Source: Alphaproteobacteria bacterium (GTDB lineage: Bacteria; Pseudomonadota; Alphaproteobacteria; UBA828). Taken from it: a DNA stretch of 64,000 bases. The position numbers and the translations under genes are program-made. The stretch spans positions 448,001-512,000 of the forward strand of contig CBDCRW010000005.1 of NCBI GenBank assembly GCA_965221125.1, given 5' to 3'. Every line of letters starts with the position of its first letter. Positions within the stretch are counted from its first letter, which is position 1. The notes under the pieces were generated by a model. It searched no databases, had not been told where the DNA came from, and saw only the letters and a list, made by a program, of their open reading frames with translations. Positions 30,617 through 40,099 of the stretch are shown here, piece by piece.

Positions 30617-31492
30617 CTACTCCCCTTCGCCCGGATCGACGACGAGGCGGAAGCCCACGAGGATGTGCTTGATGTCTGCCGGCCGGCCGTGGCGCGCGGC
30701 AGGGCGGCAAACGCCGCAGCCGCTGTCGTCCCACGAGCCGCCCTTGACGAGGAAGCGCCCCGGATTGCCCGGCGAGGCGGTCCACTCGAAGACCTGGCCC
30801 GCCGCGTCGAGCATGCCGTAAGGGCTCGCGCCGGCGGGGAAACTGCCTACCGGCAGCGTATCGAAGGGCCCGGCGTCGTGGCTGTTGAGCAGCGCCGCGT
30901 CGTACGTGTCGCCCCAGGGGAAGATGAGGCCGTCCGACCCCCGCGCGGCCTTCTCCCATTCGAGCGCGGTGGGGAGCCGCCAGGCGCGCCCGGTCTCGGC
31001 CGAGAGCCAGGCGGCAAAGGCATTGGCGTCGTCGTGGGAGACCATCACCACCGGATGGTCGTCGCGCCCGGCGGGCGGCTTTCCATCCACCCACGCGTGG
31101 CGGCGGGTGCGCTCGTAGGGGTGGATCAGCCGGTAGCCGCGCCAGGTCTCGGGGTCGACGTCGGGCACGCGATGGCCGGTGGCGTTCACGAACGCCTGGT
31201 ACTGGGCGTTGGTGATCAGCGAGCGCGTGATGAAGAAGCGCTCCAGCGACTTCGGCCCGCGCGGGCGCTCGCGGTCGTACCAGCCGCGCTCGCGCGTGAC
31301 GGAGTGGCCGTAGGCGGCCTCGTCGAGCCGGTAGCCGTACTCCCGCTCGGCCGCGTCGGAGCCCGCGATGAAGGGGCCGGCGGGAACCTCGACCACATCC
31401 GGTGGTGCTACGCTGCCGGCGTGAGCCGCGCCCGCGAGGGCCGCGCCGGAAAGCGCGAAACAGAGTGCGAGCAAGGCGCGGGCGAGGATCAT
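30617..31492 (-). CDS. Exported formylglycine-generating-enzyme (SUMF1/FGE-sulfatase) family protein
   Basis: Signal peptide ending 'AAHA'; 'ITNAQY..FV', '[16 protein letters not shown]', '[12 protein letters not shown]', '[14 protein letters not shown]', 'KGGSW', 'GFRLV'. Confidence 0.9.
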   Translation of the reverse strand: MILARALLALCFALSGAALAGAAHAGSVAPPDVVEVPAGPFIAGSDAAEREYGYRLDEAAYGHSVTRERGWYDRERPRGPKSLERFFITRSLITNAQYQAFVNATGHRVPDVDPETWRGYRLIHPYERTRRHAWVDGKPPAGRDDHPVVMVSHDDANAFAAWLSAETGRAWRLPTALEWEKAARGSDGLIFPWGDTYDAALLNSHDAGPFDTLPVGSFPAGASPYGMLDAAGQVFEWTASPGNPGRFLVKGGSWDDSGCGVCRPAARHGRPADIKHILVGFRLVVDPGEGE

Positions 31493-31616
31493 CCCTGGAA
31501 TCTATTCACGAGCCGCCCGGCGGGGGAATCACAAAAATTTGAGCGGAAGGCATTTGCCCGGCACCATGCGCTCGCCGACAATTCGCAACGAAAACGGTCA
31601 TCAAGGGAGGCCCGAC

Positions 31617-32714
31617 ATGCCACGCTCGAAACCCCTGCTTGCCGGAACGGTGGTCCCCGTGGTCATCGGGCTCGCGGTCGCCACCGGCGGCCACGCCACG
31701 GCCGACTCATCGTCCGGCGAGAGCCCGGCCGCGACCCCGCAGCAACAGGATCCGGGCGTGTTGCTCTTCGCCTCGTGCAACCCGTGCGGGCCGTGCAATC
31801 CCTGCGACCTGTGTGCGGCGGCATGCGGGCCTTGCAGTCCATGCAACCCCTGTGCCGGCGCATGCGGCGCCTGTGGACCGTGCAACCCCTGCAATCCCTG
31901 TGCTGCCGGATGCGGTCCCTGCGGGCCGTGCAACCCGTGCGCGGCCGGTGCTGCGGCCGCCTCCGACTGCGTCGTTCCGCGCCTCGCCGCAGCGTGCAAT
32001 CCCTGCAACCCCTGCGGGCCATGCAATCCCTGCGCGGCGGCGAACCCGTGCAACCCGTGTGCGCCCTGCAATCCGTGCGCGGCTGCCTGTGCGCCCTGCA
32101 ATCCCTGTGGGCCGTGCAATCCTTGCAATCCGTGCGCGGCAGCAAACCCGTGCGCCCCGTGCAATCCCTGCGGCGCCTGCAACCCGTGCAACCCATGCGC
32201 GGCCGCCGAGGAGGTCGAGCTGACCGCCGACGAGGCGAGAGACGCCTACGCCTGCATCAGTGCGACCATGGCCGAGGGCTACGCCAAGTCGGGCAACCAA
32301 TGGGCCGCGTCCTACCGGAACTGGAGGAACGTCGCAGCCCAGCCCTACGTCTCCGACACCCACGGCGCGCGCTACGTCAACAACTACGCCAACGACATCG
32401 GCGCCGACAACTACAGCCTCTTCGAGGACGCGGGGCCGTCTCCTGCCGGAACCGTGCTCGCGAAGGACAGCTTCGTGGTGAGGCCGAACGGCAACGTGGG
32501 CGCCGGGCCGCTCTTCCTGATGGAGAAGATGGAAGCCGGCTTCGACGCCGACACCGGGGACTGGCGCTACACGCTGATCATGCCCAACGGCAAGCTGATC
32601 GGCACCACCGGCGGCAAGGGCGCGAAGAACGTCGTCTTCTGCGCCGAGTGCCACCTCGGCGTCGCGGAATATGACAGCCGCTTCTTCCTCGACGAGGAGT
32701 ACCGGGTCCAGTAA
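31617..32714 (+). CDS. Cytochrome P460 family protein with a 40-Cys CNPC-repeat N-terminal tract
   Basis: GGGAGG RBS; signal peptide; Cys tract; C-terminal domain '[11 protein letters not shown]', 'GTVLAKDSF', 'LFLMEK...GDWRY', single C-terminal CAECH heme motif. Confidence 0.85.
   Translation: MPRSKPLLAGTVVPVVIGLAVATGGHATADSSSGESPAATPQQQDPGVLLFASCNPCGPCNPCDLCAAACGPCSPCNPCAGACGACGPCNPCNPCAAGCGPCGPCNPCAAGAAAASDCVVPRLAAACNPCNPCGPCNPCAAANPCNPCAPCNPCAAACAPCNPCGPCNPCNPCAAANPCAPCNPCGACNPCNPCAAAEEVELTADEARDAYACISATMAEGYAKSGNQWAASYRNWRNVAAQPYVSDTHGARYVNNYANDIGADNYSLFEDAGPSPAGTVLAKDSFVVRPNGNVGAGPLFLMEKMEAGFDADTGDWRYTLIMPNGKLIGTTGGKGAKNVVFCAECHLGVAEYDSRFFLDEEYRVQ
31776..32198 (+). repeat. Coding tandem repeat of roughly 9-bp units (TGC-AAC-CCG) encoding CxP triplets
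   Basis: 141 codons with 40 Cys by hand count; synonymous variation among units (TGC/TGT, AAC/AAT, CCG/CCC/CCA/CCT). Confidence 0.95.
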
Positions 32715-32721
32715 GCACCCA

Positions 32722-32765
32722 CCGGCGGCGCGCCGCCCCCCGGCACAGCGCGCCGCCGGCTTTAT
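32722..32765 (+). terminator. Terminator-like hairpin after the P460 gene
   Basis: 12-bp stem CCGGCGGCGCGC...GCGCGCCGCCGG followed by CTTTAT. Confidence 0.55.
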
Positions 32766-32847
32766 CGCCTTCTTGATCGCGGGAGCGAACCCGGCCTATG
32801 TTCGCGCCTGTACCGCCTCGGCGGTGACCAGACCCAAGGAGATACCC

Positions 32848-33237
32848 GTGCGCGCACGACACGTTCTCGCCATCGCCCTCGCCACCGCCATGATGGCGGC
32901 GAGCGCCTCCGCCATTGCCGCCGATGCGAAGAAGGGCAAGAAGGTCTTCAAGAAGTGCAAGGTCTGCCACACCGTCAAGGAAGGCGGCAAGCACAAGGTC
33001 GGCCCCAACCTCTACGGCGTCTTCGGCCGCGCGTCTGGCACCGCCGAGGGCTTCAAGAAGTATTCGAGCGCGATGAAGGACGCGGCGATCGTCTGGGACG
33101 AAGAGACCATCGACGCCTACATCGCCGACCCCAAGGGCTACATCCCGAAGAACAAGATGGCGTTCAAGGGAGTCCGGAAAGAGAAGGACCGGGAGAACCT
33201 GATCGCCTATCTCAAGGAAGCCACCGGCACCGAGTGA
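32848..33237 (+). CDS. Class I cytochrome c (c2/c550-like)
   Basis: AAGGAG RBS with GTG start, signal peptide, '[12 protein letters not shown]', '[11 protein letters not shown]', 'P.NKMAF.G'. Confidence 0.95.
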   Translation: MRARHVLAIALATAMMAASASAIAADAKKGKKVFKKCKVCHTVKEGGKHKVGPNLYGVFGRASGTAEGFKKYSSAMKDAAIVWDEETIDAYIADPKGYIPKNKMAFKGVRKEKDRENLIAYLKEATGTE

Positions 33238-33278
33238 CCCCGGTGGACGAAGCCGCCCTGCGCTGACCGGGGGCAGCC

Positions 33279-33803
33279 ATGTCCGCCATCGACCTGCGTG
33301 ACCACATTCGCGCGATTCCCGACTTCCCCAAGCCCGGCATCCTCTTCTACGACCTCTCGACCCTGCTTGCCCACGGGCCGGCATGGAGCGAAACCGTGCA
33401 CCGCCTCGCCGACGTGGTGCACGAGCACAAGCCCGATTTGCTCGCCGGGATAGAATCGCGGGGCTTCCTGGTGGCCGCACCCCTTGCGCACGCGCTCGGC
33501 TGCGGCTTCATCATGGTGCGCAAGAAGGGCAAGCTGCCGGGCGAGACCGTGGCGCACGAGTATGCGCTTGAGTACGGCACTGATCAGGTCGAGGTGCAGG
33601 CCGACGCCGTGGCTCCCGGCCAGCGGGTCGTCCTCCTCGACGACCTGCTTGCGACCGGCGGCACGGCGGCCGCGGCGCATGCGCTGCTCCGCCAGGTGGG
33701 CGCCGAGGTGGTGGCGGCGGCCTTCATCATCGAGCTGACCTTCCTCGGCGGGCGCTCTCGCCTCGACCTGCCGATCACGTCCCTCGTCGCCTACGACGCA
33801 TAG
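33279..33803 (+). CDS. apt: Adenine phosphoribosyltransferase
   Basis: '[12 protein letters not shown]', 'GIESRGF', 'VRKKGKLPG', 'YALEYG', '[11 protein letters not shown]'. Confidence 0.96.
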   Translation: MSAIDLRDHIRAIPDFPKPGILFYDLSTLLAHGPAWSETVHRLADVVHEHKPDLLAGIESRGFLVAAPLAHALGCGFIMVRKKGKLPGETVAHEYALEYGTDQVEVQADAVAPGQRVVLLDDLLATGGTAAAAHALLRQVGAEVVAAAFIIELTFLGGRSRLDLPITSLVAYDA

Positions 33804-33835
33804 CGGCGGCACCGGGACAAGCGGGAGAGTTTTTC

Positions 33836-34504
33836 GTGGCAATCGCCTTGATCGGAGGCACCGGCCCGCAAGGGCGGGGCCTGGCGCAGCGCTGCGCGCT
33901 CGCCGGCATCGACGTCGTCGTGGGCTCACGCGATGCCGCCCGCGCGGCGGACATCGCAGCCGATCTGCGGGCCGGCGTGCCCGGCGCGCCGGGCGCGATC
34001 GAAGGCGCCGCCAACGCCGATGCAGTGGCGCAGGCCGAACGCATCGTGGTGCTCGCGGTGCCGTGGGGGGCGCACCAGGTGACGCTGGCCTCGCTCACGC
34101 AAGCGCTGCAGGGAAAGATCCTGGTCGACATGGCCGTGCCGCTCGCGGAGGGCAACCCCCGCAAGGCCGCCATGCCGCCGGAAGGCTCGGCGACCGAAGC
34201 GGCGCAGGCCATGCTGGGCCAGAGCGTCGCCGTGGTGGGCGCGCTCCACAACGTCTCCGCCCATGTGCTGGCCGCGCTCGATCAGCCGATCAACTGCGAC
34301 ATCCTCGTCTGCGGCAACGACCTGGAGGCGAAGCGCGCGGTCATGGAACTGATCGAGACGATCGGCGCCCGCGCCTACAACTGCGGCCCGGCCGAGAGCG
34401 CGCGCTGCATCGAGGCGCTCACCCCGCTGCTCATCCGCCTCAACATGTCGAAGGCGATGGGCTTCAAGCACGCGGGCGTGAAGATCTGGCCGGAAGCCGA
34501 GTGA
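33836..34504 (+). CDS. npdG: NADPH-dependent F420 reductase (Fno/NpdG)
   Basis: '[12 protein letters not shown]', 'VGSRD..RA', 'EGSATE', 'ALHNVSA', '[11 protein letters not shown]'. Confidence 0.85.
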   Translation: MAIALIGGTGPQGRGLAQRCALAGIDVVVGSRDAARAADIAADLRAGVPGAPGAIEGAANADAVAQAERIVVLAVPWGAHQVTLASLTQALQGKILVDMAVPLAEGNPRKAAMPPEGSATEAAQAMLGQSVAVVGALHNVSAHVLAALDQPINCDILVCGNDLEAKRAVMELIETIGARAYNCGPAESARCIEALTPLLIRLNMSKAMGFKHAGVKIWPEAE

Positions 34505-34515
34505 GGGAGACGACC

Positions 34516-35535
34516 ATGGAATTCGCGATTACCTTCCGCGGCGATCTCGAAAAGGATCGCGTCGTCGCCATCTGCCGGCAGGCCGAGGCGGCCGGCTTCG
34601 ACTACGCCTGGTTCTTCGACAGCCACGCGCTGTGGCGCGACCTCTACCCGCAGATGGCCGTCGCCATCGACCACACGCGGCGCTTGCGCGTCGGCCCCTG
34701 CGTCACCAACCCGATGACCCGCGAGTGGTCGGTGGCGGCGAGCCTCTTCGCGGCGATGGCGGTGCAGTCCGACGGCCGCTTCGACATGGGCGTCGGGCGC
34801 GGCGACAGCGCCGTGCGGGCAATCGGCAAGCGGCCGGCGACGGTAGCGCGCCTGGAAGAGTTCTGCCGCGCCATGAAGGCGCTGGTCCGCGGCGAGGCGG
34901 TGCGCTACGAGGGCGTGCCGGAGCCGGTGCAGTTCGACTGGACCGGCGGCTACGAGATGCCGGTCTGGGTCGCGGCCTACGGGCCGAGGGCGCTGGCGGC
35001 GGCGGGCCGCGTCGGCGACGGGCTCATCGTGCAGCTCGCCGATGTCGGGCTCTGCCAGTGGATGGGGGACCAGGCGCGGGCTGCCGGCAGTGCGGCGGGG
35101 CGCGACATGGCGGGCTATCGCGTCATGGCCTGCGCGCCCGTCTGGGTCGGCGACCGCGAGACCGGGATCGCGCAGACCAAGTGGTTCCCGGCGCTGGTGG
35201 GCAACCACGTGGCCGACATCGTCAAGCATCACGGCGCCGGCACTGACCTCGTGCCTCAGAGCCTCACCGCCTACATCGCCCGGCGCGAGGGCGTCGGCGC
35301 CGACGAAGGCTATGACTACCGCCAGCACACCGCGCTGGAGTCAGACAACAGCGCCTACGTCACGCCCGCGATCACCGACGATTTCTGCGTGATCGGACCG
35401 GCCGAGGCCCACGTCGAGAAGATCCGTGCGCTGGAAGCCGCCGGCGTCACCCAGTTCAACATCTACCTCACCAACGGCGGCGAGGAGCAGATCGTCGCGG
35501 CTTACGCCGACCAAGTCCTCCCGCACTTCCGGTAG
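34516..35535 (+). CDS. LLM-class F420-dependent oxidoreductase (TIGR03842-like)
   Basis: 'AEAAGFDYAWFFDSH.LW', 'GPCVTNP.TR', 'GRGDSA', 'VAAYGP', 'WFPALVGNHVAD', 'GVTQFNIYL'; 11 bp downstream of npdG. Confidence 0.85.
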   Translation: MEFAITFRGDLEKDRVVAICRQAEAAGFDYAWFFDSHALWRDLYPQMAVAIDHTRRLRVGPCVTNPMTREWSVAASLFAAMAVQSDGRFDMGVGRGDSAVRAIGKRPATVARLEEFCRAMKALVRGEAVRYEGVPEPVQFDWTGGYEMPVWVAAYGPRALAAAGRVGDGLIVQLADVGLCQWMGDQARAAGSAAGRDMAGYRVMACAPVWVGDRETGIAQTKWFPALVGNHVADIVKHHGAGTDLVPQSLTAYIARREGVGADEGYDYRQHTALESDNSAYVTPAITDDFCVIGPAEAHVEKIRALEAAGVTQFNIYLTNGGEEQIVAAYADQVLPHFR

Positions 35536-35561
35536 ACGCCGGCAGGACCGCGCCTGCCCGC

Positions 35562-36911
35562 TCAGTACAGCTCGATGTATTCGTCGCGCTCCCACTGGGT
35601 GACGTAGGCGTTGAAGCGGGCGAGCTCCGCGCGCTTCATCGTGGTGAAGACGGCCACGAACTCCTCGCCCAGCAGATCGACCATCGCTTCATCTGCCTCG
35701 AGTGCCGCCAGCGCCGCCTCCAGGTTGGCGGGGAAGGGCGGCAGGCTCGGGTCATCCTCGCTGGGCCCGTCCGACTGCGAGACGAGGTCGCGCTTCTCGC
35801 TCATCCCCAGCAGGCCGCAGGCGAGCGTGCCGGCGGCGCAAAGATAGGGATTGCTGATCGCCGACGACGCCCGCATCTCCACGTGCATCCCCGGCGCGCC
35901 CGGCTGCTTGATGCGCACCATCGCGCTCCGGTCCTCCTCGCCCCAGCTCACGTTCGACGGCGCGAAGGTGTGGGGCGTGAGCCGGCGGTAGCAGTTGGGC
36001 GTCGGGTTGAAGAGCGCCATGCAGGCGGCGCCGTGGTCGATGATGCCTTGTACGAAGTGCCGGAGCGTCGCCGTCATTTCTCGTGGATTATCCGGGTCGT
36101 AGAAGGCGCTCCGCCCGCTCTCCCGCTCGAACAGGCTGATGTGGTAGTGGCAGCCGGAGCCCGCCGAGTCCGCCGACGGCTTGCCCATGAAGGTCGCGGT
36201 CAGCCCCGCGTGCTGCACGATCTCCTTCACCCCGTTCTTGAAGGTGAACGCGTTGTCGATTCCGGCCATGCCCTCGGCGTGGCTGTAGACCAACTCGTAC
36301 TGGGAGGGCGCGTATTCGGCGTTCGCCGTCAGCATGGGAATGCCGGCCGCGCGCAGGCCGTCGACCACGTCCCGGATCGCGGGAATGTGGTCGTTGCGCA
36401 GGTTGTTGAAGATGTGGACGCCGCCGAAGAGCGGCTGATGCGTCTCGCTGTCGAGCACGTAGAACTCGTACTCGTGGGCGCTCTGGATGCCGAAGCCGAG
36501 CGCTGCAGTCCTCTCCAGCAGGCGGCGGGCGACATTGCGGGGCGCCGCGTGCAGCGGCGTGCCGTCCTCCCACTCGGTATCGCAGATGACCTTCGCCATG
36601 CCATCCAGCCACGGCACTGCTGCGAGGGTCGAAAGGTCGGGGCGCAGGGTCTGGTCCTTGTACTTGACCTCCTCGTTGTAGCGGGTCCCCGGAATCACGT
36701 GGGAGGCGCTGTCGAGGGCGACGATGCCGCCGTACATGTTGACGCCGTCCCGGGCGAAGGCCCCGAACTGCTCGATCGGCACCTGCTTGGAGCGGGCGGA
36801 GCCGTGCATGTCCGGCAGCTCGAACCGGACGTGCTGGATGCCGTCGCGCTCGAGCCTTGCCAGCGCTTCGTCTACCTGATCGCGGGCGCCTTGCCCTCCG
36901 TTGTCGGCCAC
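35562..36911 (-). CDS. Glutamine synthetase-like protein (possible gamma-glutamyl-amine ligase)
   Basis: 'DMHG.ARSK', 'EYEFY', 'EYAPSQYE', 'TFMGKP....GSGCHYH.SL', 'N.YRR', 'WG..DRS..VR', 'EMR.....NPY'. Confidence 0.88.
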   Translation of the reverse strand: MADNGGQGARDQVDEALARLERDGIQHVRFELPDMHGSARSKQVPIEQFGAFARDGVNMYGGIVALDSASHVIPGTRYNEEVKYKDQTLRPDLSTLAAVPWLDGMAKVICDTEWEDGTPLHAAPRNVARRLLERTAALGFGIQSAHEYEFYVLDSETHQPLFGGVHIFNNLRNDHIPAIRDVVDGLRAAGIPMLTANAEYAPSQYELVYSHAEGMAGIDNAFTFKNGVKEIVQHAGLTATFMGKPSADSAGSGCHYHISLFERESGRSAFYDPDNPREMTATLRHFVQGIIDHGAACMALFNPTPNCYRRLTPHTFAPSNVSWGEEDRSAMVRIKQPGAPGMHVEMRASSAISNPYLCAAGTLACGLLGMSEKRDLVSQSDGPSEDDPSLPPFPANLEAALAALEADEAMVDLLGEEFVAVFTTMKRAELARFNAYVTQWERDEYIELY

Positions 36912-37008
36912 GGCTGCCTCCTCTCGCCAACGCTGCCCTCGCCCGCCTTGCGGGCGGCCTGAATTCGCGGCGTCGAGCGCCGCGAGTCAAGGGCGGATGG
37001 TATACCCG

Positions 37009-38025
37009 CTATCCTGCGGCCGCCTTCGCGTCTTCGAGAAGCGGGCGGCGGCTGAGATCGACCTTGCGCGCGACGTGGGCGCCAGACGTGATGGTCCCGT
37101 AGCGGGGCGGGTTGGCTGCGTCGGTGCAGCTCGGCAGGCACTCGATCACGGCGTCGTAGTTGGGCTGGTGGAAGAAGAGGAGCGAGAGCCGGCTGCTGTC
37201 GGCCTCCTCGCGGGGCGGGTTGACCACGCGGTGGAGCGTCGAGCACCAGCGGTCGTTGGTCCACTCCGCCATCAGGTCGCCGAGATTGATGACGAAGGTG
37301 CCGGGGATGCAGGGCACGTCGGACCAGGCGCCGTCCTTGGCCAGAACCTGCAGGCCGCCCACGGGCGTATCGGACGAGACGATCGTGAGGCTGCCGTAGT
37401 CCGCGTGCGCGCCGCAGCGGAGCTGGCCGGGGAGTGGTGGCGTCGTCTGCGGCGGGTAGTAGGAGGCGATGAAGTTGGTGATGTGCCGGTCGATCTTGTC
37501 GGCGAAGAAGGTCTCGGGCAGGCCGAGAGCGCAGGCGAAGATCCGCATCAGGTCGCCCGCCAGGCGTTCCATCTCCCGGTAGTAGGCCTCCCACAGCGGG
37601 CGCATCCCCGCCGGCCGGTCGGGCCAGAGATTGGCGGCGAAGAAGCGCCAGCCAGCGGGGCCGTAGTGATACTCGTCGTAGTCGTGGTCGTGCGGACCGA
37701 TGACGAAGCTCTCGCGCCAGTCGGGCGCGTTCTCTTCCTCGTCCATGCTGTAGGCCGTGTCCTCGCTGCCGACGGTCATCAGCCCGCGGTAGCGGTCGGG
37801 CGGCATCTTGACCCGGAGCTTCTCCCAGTGCGGCAGCTCGAAGAAGGCACGGGTCACGCGGCGCATCTCGTCGATCTGCGCCTGGGCCACGCCGTGGCCC
37901 GCGATCACGAGGAAGCCGATCTCGCGGCAGGCGGCGTCCACCTCGGCGGCGATGCGCGCCTTGTCTTCAGCATCGCCCGCGAGAAACGGCGCGATGTCGA
38001 CGACCGGGACCAGGGACTGTGCCAT
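37009..38025 (-). CDS. 2OG-Fe(II) oxygenase, isopenicillin N synthase family
   Basis: 'VPVVDIAP', 'ACREIGF', 'HADYGSLT', 'INLGDL', 'STLHRV', 'RLS..FF'. Confidence 0.92.
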   Translation of the reverse strand: MAQSLVPVVDIAPFLAGDAEDKARIAAEVDAACREIGFLVIAGHGVAQAQIDEMRRVTRAFFELPHWEKLRVKMPPDRYRGLMTVGSEDTAYSMDEEENAPDWRESFVIGPHDHDYDEYHYGPAGWRFFAANLWPDRPAGMRPLWEAYYREMERLAGDLMRIFACALGLPETFFADKIDRHITNFIASYYPPQTTPPLPGQLRCGAHADYGSLTIVSSDTPVGGLQVLAKDGAWSDVPCIPGTFVINLGDLMAEWTNDRWCSTLHRVVNPPREEADSSRLSLLFFHQPNYDAVIECLPSCTDAANPPRYGTITSGAHVARKVDLSRRPLLEDAKAAAG

Positions 38026-38211
38026 CGTCAGCGCTCCACCAAGTGGCCCTTCGGCGCGCGACTTTAGCAGCCGCAGCGCCAGCCACGCGAGTGGACCGGT
38101 TGACGCGGCCGGGATCGCGCCCAGATTCTCCGGGAGAATTCGGGCGCCCTCGCGTAATATGCGGCGTGGCGTGCGGCTCTGGAGCCGCCGCGCGCCCGCG
38201 GAGTGGAAACC

Positions 38212-39204
38212 ATGCTGATCGACCCGTTCGAGCGCCACGTCACCTATCTGCGCGTCTCCGTCACCGACCGCTGCGACTTCCGCTGCGTCTATTGCATGTC
38301 GGAGCACATGAGCTTCCTGCCCAAGGCGGAGCTGCTGACGCTGGAGGAGCTGGATCGCCTGTGCAGCGCCTTCGTGGGGCTCGGCGTGCGCAAGCTCCGC
38401 ATCACCGGCGGCGAGCCGCTGGTGCGCAAGGGCGTCATCGGCCTCTTCGAGAGCCTGGGCCGCCACCTGAGGAGCGGCGCGCTCGACGAGCTCACGCTCA
38501 CCACCAACGGCAGCCAGCTGCCGCGCCATGCGGAGCGGCTCTATGCCGCGGGCGTGCGCCGGGTGAACATCTCCCTCGACACGCGCGACCCTGACAAGTT
38601 CACCGAGATCACCCGCTGGGGCCGGCTAAGCCAGGTGATGGCGGGCATCGACGCGGCCCGCGCCGCCGGCCTCAAGATCAAGATCAACACCGTGGCGCTG
38701 CGCGGCGTCAACGAGGACGAGATCGAAGACCTCGTCGCCTGGTGCGCCGCCGAAGGCCACGACCTCACCTTCATCGAGACCATGCCGCTCGGCGAGATCG
38801 ACGGCGACCGCACCGATCAGTACCTGCCGCTCTCCCTGGTGCGCGCGAAGCTCCGCAAGCGCTGGGCCCTGGACGAGAGCGACCACCGCACGGGCGGGCC
38901 GGCGCGCTACGTCACGGTGCGCGAGACTGGCCAGCGCCTGGGTTTCATCACGCCGCTCACCCACAACTTCTGCGAATCCTGCAACCGGGTGCGGCTCACC
39001 TGCACCGGCACGCTCTACATGTGCTTGGGCCAGGAGGACGCGGCCGACCTGCGCACGCCGCTCCGCCGCAGCGAGAGCGACGAGGCCCTGGTCGCGGCGA
39101 TCCACGAGGCGATCGGGCGCAAGCCCAAGGGCCACGACTTCATCATCGACCGCCGCCACACGCGCCCTGCGGTCGGCCGCCACATGAGCGTGACCGGCGG
39201 CTGA
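38212..39204 (+). CDS. moaA: GTP 3',8-cyclase
   Basis: '[18 protein letters not shown]', 'TGGEPL', '[10 protein letters not shown]', C-terminal 'MSVTGG'. Confidence 0.97.
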   Translation: MLIDPFERHVTYLRVSVTDRCDFRCVYCMSEHMSFLPKAELLTLEELDRLCSAFVGLGVRKLRITGGEPLVRKGVIGLFESLGRHLRSGALDELTLTTNGSQLPRHAERLYAAGVRRVNISLDTRDPDKFTEITRWGRLSQVMAGIDAARAAGLKIKINTVALRGVNEDEIEDLVAWCAAEGHDLTFIETMPLGEIDGDRTDQYLPLSLVRAKLRKRWALDESDHRTGGPARYVTVRETGQRLGFITPLTHNFCESCNRVRLTCTGTLYMCLGQEDAADLRTPLRRSESDEALVAAIHEAIGRKPKGHDFIIDRRHTRPAVGRHMSVTGG

Positions 39205-39264
39205 GCCGCCGCCCGGCCCGCTTTCCGTATCGCGCCGCGCCGGCGCAGCCCATCGGGGGATTTC

Positions 39265-40032
39265 ATGCGCTACCGGAGGATGGCCGCCGTCGCCTCGACC
39301 GCCGCCGAGGCGCAGGCCGCGCTCGCCGACGTCGCCGCCCGCTATCCCCTGGTCGAGCCGGACGAGGCCGACGTCATCATCGCGCTCGGCGGCGACGGCT
39401 TCATGCTGGAGACGCAGCACCGCCTGCTCCGCCAGGGCAAGCCGATCTACGGCATGAGCCGGGGCACGGTCGGCTTCCTGATGAACGAGTTCTCCTTGGA
39501 CGACCTGCCCGCGCGGCTTGAGCAGGCCCATGCCACGACCCTGCACCCGCTCAGCATGCGGGCGGAGACGATCCACGGGGCAACGCAGGAGGCGCTCGCC
39601 ATCAACGAGGTCTCGATGCTGCGCGAGACCCGCCAGGCCGCCAAGGTCAGGATCAGCGTGGACGGCGTCGTGCGCGTGCCGGAGCTCATCTGCGACGGCG
39701 TGCTGGTGGCGACGCCCGCCGGCAGCACCGCCTACAACCTCTCCGCCCACGGCCCGATCATCCCGCTCGGTGCCAACATCCTGGCGCTCACGCCGATCAG
39801 CGCCTTCAGGCCGCGCCGCTGGCGCGGCGCCCTGCTGCTGCACGAGGCGACCGTGCGGTTGGACGTGCTCGAGCACGACAAGCGCCCGGTCAGCGCGGTC
39901 GCCGACTACACCGAGGTGCGCGACGTGGCGTCGGTCGAGGTCGCAGTCGATCACGCGACCGCGATCCGCCTCCTTTTCGACCCTGAGCACAGCCTGACCG
40001 AGCGCATCCTCACCGAGCAGTTCACCCCTTGA
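39265..40032 (+). CDS. nadK: NAD kinase
   Basis: 'LGGDGFML', 'G.VGFLMN', 'AINEV', '[21 protein letters not shown]'. Confidence 0.95.
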   Translation: MRYRRMAAVASTAAEAQAALADVAARYPLVEPDEADVIIALGGDGFMLETQHRLLRQGKPIYGMSRGTVGFLMNEFSLDDLPARLEQAHATTLHPLSMRAETIHGATQEALAINEVSMLRETRQAAKVRISVDGVVRVPELICDGVLVATPAGSTAYNLSAHGPIIPLGANILALTPISAFRPRRWRGALLLHEATVRLDVLEHDKRPVSAVADYTEVRDVASVEVAVDHATAIRLLFDPEHSLTERILTEQFTP

Positions 40033-40099
40033 GGGGGCGCGGCCAGCGCACCGCGGGTCTCGCGTGCCGGGCCGGCCGCCTCCCGCGCCGGCCTGGCCG

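Noticed and set aside
29739-31094. 451-aa ORF suggesting a fusion or frameshift between the FGE-like gene and the DUF6969-like gene
   Set aside because: The upstream part is an Arg/Gly-rich off-frame read of the FGE gene; both genes have their own starts and stops and no slippery site was seen
31601-32191. Antisense ORF with HGLQG repeats (His/Gly-rich protein)
   Set aside because: It is the reverse-complement shadow of the CNPC codons; the plus strand carries the signal peptide and P460 domain
31776-32198. TGCAACCCG-type short repeats as a CRISPR array or microsatellite
   Set aside because: No unique spacers or cas genes; repeats are in-frame codons with synonymous variation inside a gene that has an RBS and signal peptide
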